A stretch of DNA of 64,000 bases from Histomonas meleagridis 2922-C6/04-290x. Lineage: Eukaryota; Protista; Parabasalia. The notes under the pieces were generated by a model, which saw only the letters and a program-made list of their open reading frames with translations, was not told the DNA's origin and made no database searches. This document shows, piece by piece, positions 21,268 to 33,072 of this stretch. Made by a program: the position numbers and the translations under genes. Location: positions 248,001 to 312,000 of the forward strand of contig JAANOX010000061.1 of the NCBI GenBank assembly GCA_020184695.1, given 5' to 3'. Position 1 is the first letter of the stretch. Every line of letters starts with the position of its first letter.

Positions 21268-23823
21268 TCAGATTTCTTCAATGTTTGATTTCTTCTTTTT
21301 TGACTTTACAATACAAAATACAAGCAAAGAAACAACAACTATTAATACAACAACTATAAATACGATTACTATTATGAGTAATCAAGTACTTGATCGTGGC
21401 GGTGAACATTCTGTTTCATTTGTAACTTGAAGGTTTCCAAATTTTGTGCTTTGATATGTCGGAATTACAATTACAGGAACTGATACATCACTAAAAGCAT
21501 GCTCATCAATTGTAGGCTCTGTTTCCCCATAATAATAAATACAATAAAGACTACGACAATTAGAAAAACAATAATCTCTAATCACACTTACATTCTTTCC
21601 AATCCATATCGTTTCTAATAAAAAGCAAAAACTAAAAGTTTGTGATTTAATTTCACTTACTAAATTTGGAATTGTAAATGTCTTTAATGAAGAACAATAT
21701 TCAAATGCATAAATTCCAATTTCAGTAAGTGAATTTGGAATATTAATATTTTGTAATGAAGAACAACTTGTAAATGAAAAATCTCCAATAGATGTAATAT
21801 TTCCCTTAATGTTAACTGTTTCTAATGTAGTATAATAATAAAATGCATAATCTTTAATAATAATAATTGAACTAAGAATATCAAATGTTAAATTTAAACT
21901 TTTTATTGGACAAAAAATAATTATTGCCAAATTTTTACTATAAAGAATTCCATCATCATTATAATTTGAATAATATTTGTTGTTTTCTGATATTTTTATG
22001 GATTTAAGATTTGAGCATCCAAGAAATGAATTTCCAATAGAATTAACGTTATCTCCAATTTTTCACATCCAGTAAATACATAATCTTCAATTTTAGTAAC
22101 TGAATCTGGAATTACAATATTTTGTAAAGAAGTACAACCTGAAAATGTTAAATCTTTAATTATAGATACTTTATTACAAATGTTAACTAATTCTAATGAA
22201 GAACAACAATAAAATGCATATTCTTCTATTTCAATAATAGAATTTGGCATATTATAAACAGTGTTTTGATTTCTTATTGGATAACAAATAAGTATTGTAA
22301 AATTGTTATTATAAAGAATTCCATCATCATTATAATTAGCATAATAATTATTTTCATTTGATACTTTTATGTATTGAAGGGATAAACAATTGAGAAATGC
22401 TAAAGATCCAATAGATTTTACATTTTCACCGATATTAAATGATTCTAATTTTGAACATAATTCAAATGCGCCAGAACCAATCTCAATAAGTGTATTAGAA
22501 ATTTTAATATTTCTTAATTCACTACAAGAACTAAATGACTGGAAGTCCAGTTATATTATTTTGAATATCAACTGATTCAAGAGCAATACAATCATTAAAC
22601 GCATAACTTCCAATTGTTAATACATTTGGGATAACAATATTTTTGATTGAGTAGCATCGAATAAATGAAGATCTTCCAATATTTGTAACTGAACTTGGTA
22701 TATTTATATTACTTAATGAAGTACAATCAGAAAACACTGAATTACCAATCTCTGTAATGTTATTTCCAAGACTTACTGTTTTTAAACCAGAACATAAATT
22801 AAAAGCATAATCACCAATTGATAAAACTGAATCTGGAATATTTATGTTTTGCAAAGACTTGCAATTATAAAAACAATATTCTCCAATTGAAGCAACTGTA
22901 TTTGGAATATTTATATTTTGTATTGTAGAACATAAATAAAACGCATATTCTTCAATGGTAATTATTGATTTAGGAATCTCATAAAACACATTTGAATTTC
23001 CTTGAGGATAACATAGAAGTAGAGTTATATCTTTATTATAAATAATTCCGTCATCATTATAATTAGAATAATATTTATTCCCTTTAGATATTTTTATCGA
23101 ATGAAGATTTGGGCAATCCATAAATATCCGTGTTCCAATTGAATTCACATTATCACCAATGGTAACTGTTTCTAATAAAGGCCAATGTTGAAAAGAAGAT
23201 GAAGGAATTGAAGTGATACTATCACCAAAAATAATTTGAACAGTTTTGCTTTTATATTCTGAATCAAACTCACTTGGATCAGTAATTTCAAGAATTCCTC
23301 CTGAAAAAGTTTCATATGTTGCAACAGAAAGAAGAGTCAAAATTAATGGAATAAATTTGTAGTTAATATTTTCATGAAAGTTCAAAAATAGAGGACAAAA
23401 TTTTATATTGTAAATATTTCTTTTCAACAATTTTAAAGAAATAATCAAAATATAAAGTAAAAATATTAAACTAAAATCATTTTGAACTTTGTTAAGAATA
23501 GTATATATCGTATTAATATTAATCTGAATTTGATCAAATAATGAAACATTGAAATCAGATTTTTGATATGAAAGATTGCTAGTACGAGCGAAACCACCTT
23601 CGCATACATTATCACAGGTACTGAGAGGATAGTGTTCAATATATGGCATTTGCAATGTGATGAAAGATGGAAAAAAATTCATTTTAAATTTTGACTGAAA
23701 CCCAAGCAATTGCCAAAAATTGAAAAACAATAAAAATGTAAACCACCCAAACAACATCAAACGTTTGGGTCGTTCACGAGAACTTTTTTGAATGCTATTT
23801 AACTGTTCATTATTTACAGTCAT
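21268..23823 (-). pseudogene. BspA-like (TpLRR/LRR_5) surface protein, broken by two frameshifts and a TGA just before its TM helix
   Basis: Repeats of IPxSVTxIGxxAFxxCxSL. Frame breaks near 22545 and 22055; TGA at 21382-21384; in-frame TM and KKKK tail run on to the TGA at 21268. N-terminal start uncertain. Confidence 0.8.
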
Positions 23824-24004
23824 ATGACTGTAAATTCGTGTCGGTTTTCACAACGTTAAAAACGCATTCAAATTTTTGAATGATTTTTTCACCTGAAATG
23901 GCACTTCGAAATTATACACAGCTTGGAAATGTTCTTTTTAGCTTTATTGCTCCAAAAAATACAAACAAGTAATAATTTTATATCTATTTTATATACAAAC
24001 AATT

Positions 24005-25159
24005 TTAAGCATATGTAAGTTTCAACGTGTGCAATTTTGTTTTTTCATTATTTGTTGTTTTCTTATTTTTCTTGACCAATGAAATCAAAGTTTTATCTAT
24101 TGCAATCGATTGTGGCACTTGTGGATGGAAAACTCTTTCCATCCTTACCACAAAATCTTGTTGAATTCCATATATCGCACCTTGTTTCACAGTTCTCACC
24201 CAAGCAATTGCTTCTTTAGGGGAGAAACCAAAAGAGTGTACAAGCCAAATCGCAGCGAACATTGGTGCTCTTCCGAGACCGTTTAAGCTGGCGATTGCTA
24301 TCGTTTCCCCTTTATCACAAATTTCAATGAATTTCATAACTTCTGAAATTTGAGGGAGTGCGTCAAGTTGACACTCGAGTGAAATATGTTGAATCCCGAC
24401 TCGTATTAAATCTTCGAATCCTCTTGATTCGCCATTAAAGTTTACGACCGTGTTAATATGCCATTTACGAAATAATGGTAACATGTCAAATAATAATGGC
24501 GAATCAGAATAACCTGGCGCAGATAAAACAAGAAGTCGTTTGGGTACAACCCAACCCATACTTCCATTTTCTGGCGCTAAATAAAAATTATGTGTATCAA
24601 TGTCAAAGGTATGATGATCAAACCATTTGTGCGATACAGCTTTCATTATACCTTCATATGAATCTTTAATGCTAATTGTAAACGGTGAACCGAGTGCATC
24701 ATGATATTCTTCAAGTGGAGGATAAAGACCATTAAAAATGGTTAATGGATGCGTATAATCTGGTAATGTTCTTGACTTGGTTTTGTTACAATAATTTGTT
24801 ATGTACTTTTTACTGATTTGATGATCTATGATTTTGGTAATAGTTTCAGGTTCAAGTACAAGAAATAAACAAAGCAATAATATGCAATTTACTCGTGATT
24901 CAGAATTAAGTGAACAATATAAATGAATAGGTTTGTTAATTCGAAGTAGTTTTTCTTTAAGAATTCCGATAAATGAGGTGATTTGTGGAAGTGTAGAAGG
25001 GCCATTTTCATGATAAATTGGAGTAAAAATAACAGATTCACATGAATCAAACATAAAATAATGAACATTAGATGGTCCATGTGAATTCTGGTGGAAACAA
25101 TGTAGAAATAATTTTCCAGGAATTATTGTTATCCCAATTTCTGGTTTGATTAAAGACAT
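24005..25159 (-). CDS. Cdc14-like dual-specificity phosphatase, probable pseudophosphatase
   Basis: ENGSMGWVVPKRLLVLSAP, AIAWVRTVKQGAIYGIQQDF. The P-loop reads IAIASLNGLGRAP instead of HCxAGLGRTG. Confidence 0.8.
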   Translation of the reverse strand: MSLIKPEIGITIIPGKLFLHCFHQNSHGPSNVHYFMFDSCESVIFTPIYHENGPSTLPQITSFIGILKEKLLRINKPIHLYCSLNSESRVNCILLLCLFLVLEPETITKIIDHQISKKYITNYCNKTKSRTLPDYTHPLTIFNGLYPPLEEYHDALGSPFTISIKDSYEGIMKAVSHKWFDHHTFDIDTHNFYLAPENGSMGWVVPKRLLVLSAPGYSDSPLLFDMLPLFRKWHINTVVNFNGESRGFEDLIRVGIQHISLECQLDALPQISEVMKFIEICDKGETIAIASLNGLGRAPMFAAIWLVHSFGFSPKEAIAWVRTVKQGAIYGIQQDFVVRMERVFHPQVPQSIAIDKTLISLVKKNKKTTNNEKTKLHTLKLTYA

Positions 25160-25227
25160 TTGTTCGTTATTTCAGTAACGTTCTTCTATTGAGGTACCCC
25201 AGTTGGCATAAAACCGTTAATTTTAAA

Positions 25228-26022
25228 ATGTTGCCAGCTCCAAATATGGATTTTGGTGAGCATTGGGAAAGTGGAAACTTAATTGATCACAAATCTAATT
25301 CATATATGTATTGGAAAAGAAAACTCAAAATGGAAATTACAAAAGCATTTTCTTTACGTGATTATCTTTCATTATCTAATTTAATTCGTTTTTGTCATTA
25401 TCTTGGCCACACCAAAAATGAATCCGCTACTCATTCTCAAATAATTTCTCTGTTTTTGGCCAATCTTGCACTTCTTCAGATAAATCAAGAACAATTTACT
25501 CCTATTTTTAAAGAATATTTAACCAAAATCAGAATGTCCAAATACTCATATAAAGAAATTTTGGAAGATGTATGCAATTTAATTGATTATGATAAATGGG
25601 CTGATCAATTTCTTCGCGAGGTAAAAGAAAGAACATCAGATCCAAATTATTCTATAAGTGACCGACAAGAATTCATGGTTTGTCAAGATATATATTTAGG
25701 TACAGATCAAGATATTGAACAAAAACTTCAAATTCTAAGATTTGATCCGAGTGCTGATGTGAACATCATTGGTTTATCCAATTACCTTTCTGTAAATGAT
25801 TGGATCATACTTGTTAACAGAATTGATAAGATGCCACTTGATTATGATTCATGGAAATGCTTCTCAATGTTGCTTCAATCAGAAAACATGAACAGTATGA
25901 TAATCGCAGATATAAGAAATTATGTTGGAAGCTATTGGCCCAAGTATCACATCTCTAATAATGTATCACCATTACTCGCAAATGAACGTGCGCAAGTTTT
26001 TTTGATTCTAGAGCTGAAGTAA
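25228..26022 (+). CDS. Hypothetical protein
   Basis: Uninterrupted ORF (track start 25189 is a TTG; first ATG 25228), divergent from the Cdc14-like gene across 68 bp. Confidence 0.65.
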   Translation: MLPAPNMDFGEHWESGNLIDHKSNSYMYWKRKLKMEITKAFSLRDYLSLSNLIRFCHYLGHTKNESATHSQIISLFLANLALLQINQEQFTPIFKEYLTKIRMSKYSYKEILEDVCNLIDYDKWADQFLREVKERTSDPNYSISDRQEFMVCQDIYLGTDQDIEQKLQILRFDPSADVNIIGLSNYLSVNDWIILVNRIDKMPLDYDSWKCFSMLLQSENMNSMIIADIRNYVGSYWPKYHISNNVSPLLANERAQVFLILELK

Positions 26023-26163
26023 CCTTTGCAATTGATGTAAGAACTTCCGATTTGAAGATATTACAAATTGGGCGCAAAACGGTTTTGTAAACAAAATTTC
26101 CAAATTTTACATATTTTTCACATAACGATAGGGATACAAAAAATTCCATAGTATTTAATATCA

Positions 26164-27576
26164 CTAAAATAAACTTGATTGAGCGAACTTCATAGGGGGA
26201 TACATCTTTGGGATTGGTTGAGCGTCGAACTTATCGAAAAATGGTCCTTCATAATCACCGTTTTCGTCCAAGCAAAATCTGCAAATTGCACCTTTGTTAC
26301 CCATCTGACCGATATAATTTGGTGCTGAGAAAACAGTGATACATTTTCCATTATGCATTACACCATATCCATCTTCTTGAACTTGATGTGATCTTACTAA
26401 TATTTCCAAATTATTCTTCTCAAGGAATTCAGCAGTTACGTCGGGACCAAAAGTCCTTGTTACACCTCTCATCGAAGGTGCAAATCCGTTTTGTTCCATT
26501 GGGTCACTCCATAAGATGTCATTGAGGGGTCCCGAATCCGGCGGTTGATCAAACCGATTCATTGCCTGAATTTTCTCTATCGTTACTGACTGGTCGCTGA
26601 ATAAACCGCCGTGTACGATCAGAATCTTATCGTTGATGATGTGACCAAGCGGAAGCGTATTGAACAAATCGCTCAATGCGTCAAATATCTGCTGTGAGTA
26701 TTTGAACTTACATTCGTTCTCGAACCCATAAAAGGCGTTCATGACGCGTGTTTCATGGTTCCCACGATTCATATATATGCAACGTGGATCAGAAAGCTTC
26801 CATGCAAACAAAGTGAGGAGAATTTCGATTCCCATCGAGCCGCGATCAACATAATCCCCATTGAATAAGTATGGAGATTCAGCTGATGGATAGCCATGTG
26901 TTTCAAAAATATTAATGAGGTCTTGAAATTGTCCATGTGTATCACCAACAATGCGAATTGTCCCAACATGTTCAATATTTACAATGTTGGGAAGCTTTCG
27001 ATTGATTTCACAGATCTTGTTGATCATCGCTTGAACAACTGCTGTGGTAGGACGAGTATCATTTATCATTTCGGACATTATTTTCATCGCATAATTTTTA
27101 TCAAAGACTGTACCGGTTGTTTCATCCTCAATTGGTATAAGAGGTTCTTTGAGACTGTTACGTAGATTGTAAAAGGATAAAGCTTTCTTCATTTTCGAAG
27201 ATAATAATTTTTGTTTGACAAATTCCATCTTTCGTCGATGATATTGTTCATTTGGTTGAAGCTTTGCAGCACTTAGGTAGTCATCATAAGCTTCCTTCCA
27301 GTTACACCTTCTTGCATAAGCATCACCTCTTCGAATATATGATTTGACATTTTCTGGATCGAGTTCAATAGACTCTGTGGCAGATGCAATAGCTTCACTC
27401 GTTCTTTCAAGGTTAAGTTGGGTTGCAGAAAGATTTGAATAAATAATTGAAAGTTGTTTTTTATCTTCTGGAGGGCATGACCTTAACGCTGCGTTGTAAA
27501 ATGCATGGGCTTTAAAGTATTGTTGGACTCTGAAAAATTTGTTTCCCATGTTTCTTGCTTCCACGGAGTCAAGCAT
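26164..27576 (-). CDS. PPP5C: Serine/threonine protein phosphatase 5 (TPR + PPP catalytic domain)
   Basis: Three N-terminal TPRs; GDTHGQ, NGDYVDRG, RGNHE, HGGLF, RSHQ, FSAPNY. Confidence 0.93.
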   Translation of the reverse strand: MLDSVEARNMGNKFFRVQQYFKAHAFYNAALRSCPPEDKKQLSIIYSNLSATQLNLERTSEAIASATESIELDPENVKSYIRRGDAYARRCNWKEAYDDYLSAAKLQPNEQYHRRKMEFVKQKLLSSKMKKALSFYNLRNSLKEPLIPIEDETTGTVFDKNYAMKIMSEMINDTRPTTAVVQAMINKICEINRKLPNIVNIEHVGTIRIVGDTHGQFQDLINIFETHGYPSAESPYLFNGDYVDRGSMGIEILLTLFAWKLSDPRCIYMNRGNHETRVMNAFYGFENECKFKYSQQIFDALSDLFNTLPLGHIINDKILIVHGGLFSDQSVTIEKIQAMNRFDQPPDSGPLNDILWSDPMEQNGFAPSMRGVTRTFGPDVTAEFLEKNNLEILVRSHQVQEDGYGVMHNGKCITVFSAPNYIGQMGNKGAICRFCLDENGDYEGPFFDKFDAQPIPKMYPPMKFAQSSLF

Positions 27577-28398
27577 CTGTCGATGAACAGTTCGTTTATT
27601 CTAAAGTGCTATTGAATGTATCGGCTTTTTACAAAAAATAATAATAACTCAAAAAGTCAGATCGTAAATATTTCTAAACGTCTTCCAGAAAAGTTATTTT
27701 TTTGGGAATATGACAACAAAATGTGGATTTTTAAGAATGTAGACAAAATGACTCACATTTTATTTTGCCAAACATGTGTGTGGGATCATTTGAATGCCCT
27801 CTTTGATAAAATTGAAATACATCAAATTTATCACAAAAACTTTCAACTAAACTCTCTATCATAAAGATTTTCGTTGAAAAATAATGCGCTGAACCAAAGA
27901 AAACAAAATTTAATCATAAAAATATAAACATAAGCGAACATGAGAATGATCATTCACATAATTTGCAAATCTCAGGGAAACTCCAATAAGCTTACAAACA
28001 ATCATGTACAAATTTATTCATTAGATTATTATCTATCACAAATCTCGTTTCTATTTCAAATAAATTTCAATAATATTTCGTTTGTGAAGATTACATAGTT
28101 TCTCCAAAACATCGTGACACCATTTAAAATCTAATTTTCAATCAAGCCTTAAATTGAAAGAAAATTTATTAATATAATTATGTTTTTAAATCTTTCGCAA
28201 GGAACTAAGACATAATTACACATGTAACCATGGCCTATAATGCAAGCCGAGCTGCAACGCTTAGTAATCATGTTCACTATTATAATTCATAATTATGATC
28301 ATCATATTAGCATAACACAATAATTTAACAACACATAAATAATTCAATTACCTCAAAGTAAGTAATGTTAGGAAAAGATTTAAAAGACTTGTTTGCAA

Positions 28399-28773
28399 TC
28401 AAAAAAGAATTATTTTGCACCCAATCGGACTGATGGATTTCGGACATACGTCGATTGGCTTATATGTGATATGGTGTTTCTTGTGTTTTAAAGTAACCTT
28501 AGAGCTATCCCAATCGTTGCGGTCCTGGTTCTCTTCGTCGACAATGTCAACAGCCTTCTGAACCTTTTTAATGATCTTTTTGAGCTTTAGCTTGTTCGCG
28601 CCAGTGGCCTCTGGATCTCTTTCAAGAACATAATATGTTTCCTCTTCTTCTTCATCATCATTTTGGAATAAAACTGGTTTGACTGGAGCGTCGGTTGGTT
28701 TTGTTGGCGTATAAATAACAATTGGCTTTGTCGGTACCCTAATAGAACGCAAAGCAATGAGCGCTAAGATCAT
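28399..28773 (-). CDS. Small secreted protein with alternating acidic and cationic segments
   Basis: MILALIAL signal with Inr-like TCATTT upstream (alternative ATG 28797). DDEEEEE, KLKLKKIIKKVQKAVDIV and a C-terminal Cys pair. Confidence 0.7.
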   Translation of the reverse strand: MILALIALRSIRVPTKPIVIYTPTKPTDAPVKPVLFQNDDEEEEETYYVLERDPEATGANKLKLKKIIKKVQKAVDIVDEENQDRNDWDSSKVTLKHKKHHITYKPIDVCPKSISPIGCKIILF

Positions 28774-29340
28774 ATGTGGCAAATGACAAAAAATCATTAA
28801 TAAATCTCTGAATGTTTGATCCCGGAAGCACGTTCATGTGGGCAAAAATTGCTTGGAGCGATTTTAATCGGTTTTAATAGAATCGCATTCAAAAAGTCAA
28901 TGTGATAATAGTTTGTGAAAAAAACAAACACAAAGAATTTTCAGGAACAGACTACTTTCAATTTTGAGTACGTTTATTAATGTTCCAAAAGAAGATAATA
29001 ACTGCAGAAACCAAAATGCAATTCCAAACTCCCAAGTCAATATCTGCTCTATGATGATTGCAACACAAAATTGAGTTTTTCTTGAAGCTCATCAATTGCA
29101 CCACCCTAATAAGTAAACAATTCAAAAAAAATTTTGCACGATTTTGTCACTTTTATGTGAATTTTCAATTGTTTTGCCGGTTATCAAAGGTTACATAGTT
29201 ATGCAAAAAGTGGGAATGTGCGTTGATACCTTTATTTGCTCAACCTCTGTTTTATACATGATGAATGGATAACAACAGATTGTCCTTGAAACCAATAAAG
29301 AAATTGTTTGAGTTGAGAAAAATATTGTGAAATTTCCTAT

Positions 29341-30069
29341 TTACTCGTGCTTACCTTGAGCGCGAAGCTTTGCGATTGTCTTTTCGCTAAGTTCACCACC
29401 ACCCCAATGGTGCATTTCTTCCTTGTACTTCATGAGGAAGTTAGCATTGACAGAATCAACAATTTGTGAAAGTGCCTTACGGTCTTCTGGACGAACATCA
29501 GAGAGAGCAATGCATGTGCATGTTTTCATGCCAACAACTTTGCCGAGACGGGCCTTTGACTTGACAATGACATATGGGATATCAAGTTTGCGGCAAAGAG
29601 CTGGAAGCCAAATGACAATTTCGATTGGATCAACATCATGAGCAATGACAACAAGGCTTGCTTTCTTTGCTTCGACAAGAGATGTTACGTCCTTGATACC
29701 ATAAGCAAGGGCTTTCTTGGCTGAAACATCAGCTGGGGCAAGAGATTTTTCAGATTTCTCAGCAGCAGCTTTAAGACGGAGTTTCTTTTCAGCTTTTGTC
29801 TCTGGACGATACTTTTCAAGGAACTTGAAGATTTGAACAGCTGTAGCCTTATCAACAGCATGATTGAAATGGTTCACTGGAGGTGGTACCTTAAGACGCT
29901 TCATAAGAATACGGCGTTGGCGTTGGATGCGAACATACTTGGGGAAACGAACTCTGGATGTTGGGACAACCTTAGCTTGCTTCTTTTCTTGGGTGAATAA
30001 GAAGTCTTGGTTCTTGATATCAGCATCTAAGATAACTTTTTCTTGTGCACGGGCTGTTCTGCGTGACAT
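29341..30069 (-). CDS. RPL7A: 60S ribosomal protein L7a (eL8)
   Basis: VRFPKYVRIQRQRRILMKRLKVPPPVNHF, KKASLVVIAHDVDPIEIVIWLPALCRK, WGGGEL. Confidence 0.96.
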   Translation of the reverse strand: MSRRTARAQEKVILDADIKNQDFLFTQEKKQAKVVPTSRVRFPKYVRIQRQRRILMKRLKVPPPVNHFNHAVDKATAVQIFKFLEKYRPETKAEKKLRLKAAAEKSEKSLAPADVSAKKALAYGIKDVTSLVEAKKASLVVIAHDVDPIEIVIWLPALCRKLDIPYVIVKSKARLGKVVGMKTCTCIALSDVRPEDRKALSQIVDSVNANFLMKYKEEMHHWGGGELSEKTIAKLRAQGKHE

Positions 30070-30072
30070 CGG

Positions 30073-30103
30073 AAAGGTCGACCAAACCGGAGAAAAACCG
30101 TTT
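30073..30103 (-). promoter_or_regulatory. M5-like (CCTTT) and M3-like (AAACGGTT) core promoter motifs of RPL7A
   Basis: On the minus strand CCTTT lies 3 nt upstream of the ATG and AAACGGTT about 20 nt further up. This is the arrangement known for T. vaginalis M3/M5 promoters. Confidence 0.55.
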
Positions 30104-30189
30104 CATAAATTAAACGGTCATTGTTTGGTAAGTTTACATGATGACTTTTTGTATTTTATCGTGATTTTGTAAACCATTCATAGAGGAAA

Positions 30190-30900
30190 ATGCTTCAAGA
30201 AGGAATTGCTTCAAATCTCGAGTCTATTATCGATTTAATGTACACATCAAACAATGAAACGTTGAATTTTTCAGATTCTAATAGATCATTGTCAGTTAAG
30301 GTAAACTTAAAGCAAGGATCAATGATGAATATAGAATTTTCACTAAACAAGGACAAGCAAATTTCATTCAAGACAGAAGATTTTCCTATTTTTTCCTATC
30401 ATAATTCTATTGCGCGTTTAACCCCTATTTACAATCAATTATTATTCCTTGAAAAACATCCGAAACTTGCAAACTCAAACCTACTTTTATCATTTGCAGC
30501 AACAGTAAGCAACGTGATTCTAATGTTAAATGAACAATCTTTGATAAAAACAGAAAATCTGATTTCTGATTTTATACCTCAACAATACAGAAATGACATT
30601 ATTATAGTTTCTGGTCCAATTGGTGAAAACTTTGTTTTCACTGTTCATTTTGTCAAATTGCTTGATCGATCATCATCTAAAGAAGTCGATGGACCAACAT
30701 ATTGGAAGCAATTTGCACAAGATACCATAATAAGTCATTGTGGAAATGATTATGTCGTACTTGACAGCTGTTTAATGAAATCTAAATCCAAAATACAGCC
30801 AAAAATTATCAATCAACTTCGGTCATTACAGATGCTTTTATCTTCAATTTCTACAAACATGAGTGTAGAAGAAGATGAAATTAATGCTGGTAGTACTTAA
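30190..30900 (+). CDS. Hypothetical protein
   Basis: 236-aa ORF from ATG; no recognised motif. Confidence 0.65.
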   Translation: MLQEGIASNLESIIDLMYTSNNETLNFSDSNRSLSVKVNLKQGSMMNIEFSLNKDKQISFKTEDFPIFSYHNSIARLTPIYNQLLFLEKHPKLANSNLLLSFAATVSNVILMLNEQSLIKTENLISDFIPQQYRNDIIIVSGPIGENFVFTVHFVKLLDRSSSKEVDGPTYWKQFAQDTIISHCGNDYVVLDSCLMKSKSKIQPKIINQLRSLQMLLSSISTNMSVEEDEINAGST

Positions 30901-31995
30901 CTCTTACTTTCAATAAATTTTTATGTTTTAAATAATAATCTTATTTTCTCTCAATAAATTTTCTTCATTCGTATTAATTTCTAATAGCTTGTATTTTTGA
31001 TCAAAAATTATAATTTGCAATTCTTTTAAAAACTAATTTTGCTTAGAATTGTTCAAAATATATTTCAATACATATGCTGAGAAAGATTATGCTAAAAAAA
31101 AGTCCGAAATACCTATTGAAATCTAAATCGATAAATTAATTTCTGAATTTTAATTTATTGATTGAGATCGAAATCCCAAATTCAAAATTCGTTTACAAAA
31201 AATTCAATTCATTTTGATCACCTTGAAAATTGAAAGGATAATTGGTCGGATGTACAACGGCTTACGATTAAATGCAATTCAATTACAAACTTTTTCATAG
31301 CAAATTTTGACCTGTCAGGAGTTTTTCAATAGGGTAATTAGTTTGTGGAAATAGCGCTGACGGTTTGTTGTAACGATAATGTTGCTGCCATCATTCAAAA
31401 AGATTGGTGGAGCGAGGTTTTGTATTAGCTCATATAATTTATGATAAGAATGGTATTCAAAAAGTGAAGTTACTTGTTCCTACAGAAGTTTATACTTTTT
31501 TTCATGTTGCTCATAAGTTTCAACGATATTTTTGACTAACAAGAAAGCACTAAGTTCATTACGAACAAATTTTTATAGAGATTCAAAAAACAAACGTCAT
31601 CACAAATTTGCAAATAATTGTGGACATGGTCTCATTCAAGATAAATCAAAAAATGGAAACGCAAAGTATTTAACCATCTGGAAAAAATAAAAAGATATGC
31701 TATCCACAACTATTCATACTTTTAATTTGCTGCTGTAAATTTTCTTATTTAAATAAGTCTACTTATTTAATGGTGAAATGGAAGTGACTTTATGTTGCAA
31801 TTCAATTATGAGTCGACAAAACAATTTTATGCCACTTGACTCCGAACCTGACAAAATAATTAACGGTTTCCGACTGTAGTTCTTAATATCAGGACGGGCC
31901 TTAACGGATCCTTGACTTCACAAAAATTGATCGACTCTCTCACAAATTATTTGAGTTTTCAATGGAGCAATCTCAATTTTTGAATACTTAACATT

Positions 31996-33072
31996 TTGGC
32001 TGAGCAGCAAGGGGAACTTCCAGCTTCACACCCTTGTGTAAGTATCTTTAAGCTTGTTGTCTTATTCTTAGCCCCAATTATTTCATTTTTTATTTTCTAT
32101 ACATATCTATTTCAAAGTTCGTTTAATATTCAGTTTTCTTCAATCATTCAACATAAACAAGACAAAAGCACGAACAGAATGATGTTTATTATACTCACGA
32201 TGCTGAACAGAAGCGCTGCCAAATATATGAATAAAAATAATATTTATCATATCAATAAAATGCCAGAATTTCAAGCAATTTACATCAATTACTCGACAAT
32301 AAACACAACGAGACCCGCTAACTTAACCCAAATTACAGATGAAGACATGTTTAATCTTTATCCACCTCAATATTATAGTGATCTTGTGTCACAAAACAAT
32401 CGCACACATCCCAAAAATGTTGAGCTTTTAGCCAAAAATTTTTTTGGCCTCAAGTATTTTTATTATGAAACAAATTATCGCTGGGTATTTCGAGCCTGTG
32501 ATGACACATATATTAACTACAGTCTCTTACATAACTATACTGATGAGCTCGAGAGCAAATACGATCCATTAGAAGAAGCAGTTATTCTTGGCAATTGTAT
32601 ATTTAATGAGCATGGTAACTATTTGCAAGGCGGATCTGGTTTCCTATACTCGCGAAAGGCTGTTGAGCTGATGCTTCCACATTTCCCTGAAGCTATTTTA
32701 ACTGTGAACAAATTTGAAGATATGTTTCACAATATGTTTCTCAAGAGATTAAACATTAGCTTCGCAAAAGCAACTTCAACACACTTCATTGGACATAACT
32801 TCCACAAAACGGAACTAAATAAAATCCAAAAGAATAACTTGACGGATCTTCCGGAATGTCCAACGCAACCGATTAATCAGCCGGAGGACAAATGCGCGCC
32901 GTTTCATGCGCCTCTTAATAAAGTTCTGTTCCTCCACATGTTGGGGCACGAGCCATCAAATGGAAAATTCCTTAAAATAGTAAACGCTGCGTTAAGAGTA
33001 AATGATACAATACACTTCTGCATGGAAAGCACATCGCAGCGGGTGCCTTATTTGTGTAGATATGTAAAATAA
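31996..33072 (+). CDS. GT31/Fringe-like beta-1,3-glycosyltransferase, paralog A
   Basis: N-terminal TM, RWVFRACDDTYIN (DxD-type), YLQGGSGFLYSRKAV, EDMF. No in-frame ATG upstream of the TM. Confidence 0.8.
   Translation: MAEQQGELPASHPCVSIFKLVVLFLAPIISFFIFYTYLFQSSFNIQFSSIIQHKQDKSTNRMMFIILTMLNRSAAKYMNKNNIYHINKMPEFQAIYINYSTINTTRPANLTQITDEDMFNLYPPQYYSDLVSQNNRTHPKNVELLAKNFFGLKYFYYETNYRWVFRACDDTYINYSLLHNYTDELESKYDPLEEAVILGNCIFNEHGNYLQGGSGFLYSRKAVELMLPHFPEAILTVNKFEDMFHNMFLKRLNISFAKATSTHFIGHNFHKTELNKIQKNNLTDLPECPTQPINQPEDKCAPFHAPLNKVLFLHMLGHEPSNGKFLKIVNAALRVNDTIHFCMESTSQRVPYLCRYVK

Noticed and set aside
31230-31690. Coding-like fragments with stops (also about 16860-17200, 20880-21150 and 58100-58500)
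   Set aside because: Probably decayed genes, but I could not assign a family from sequence alone.
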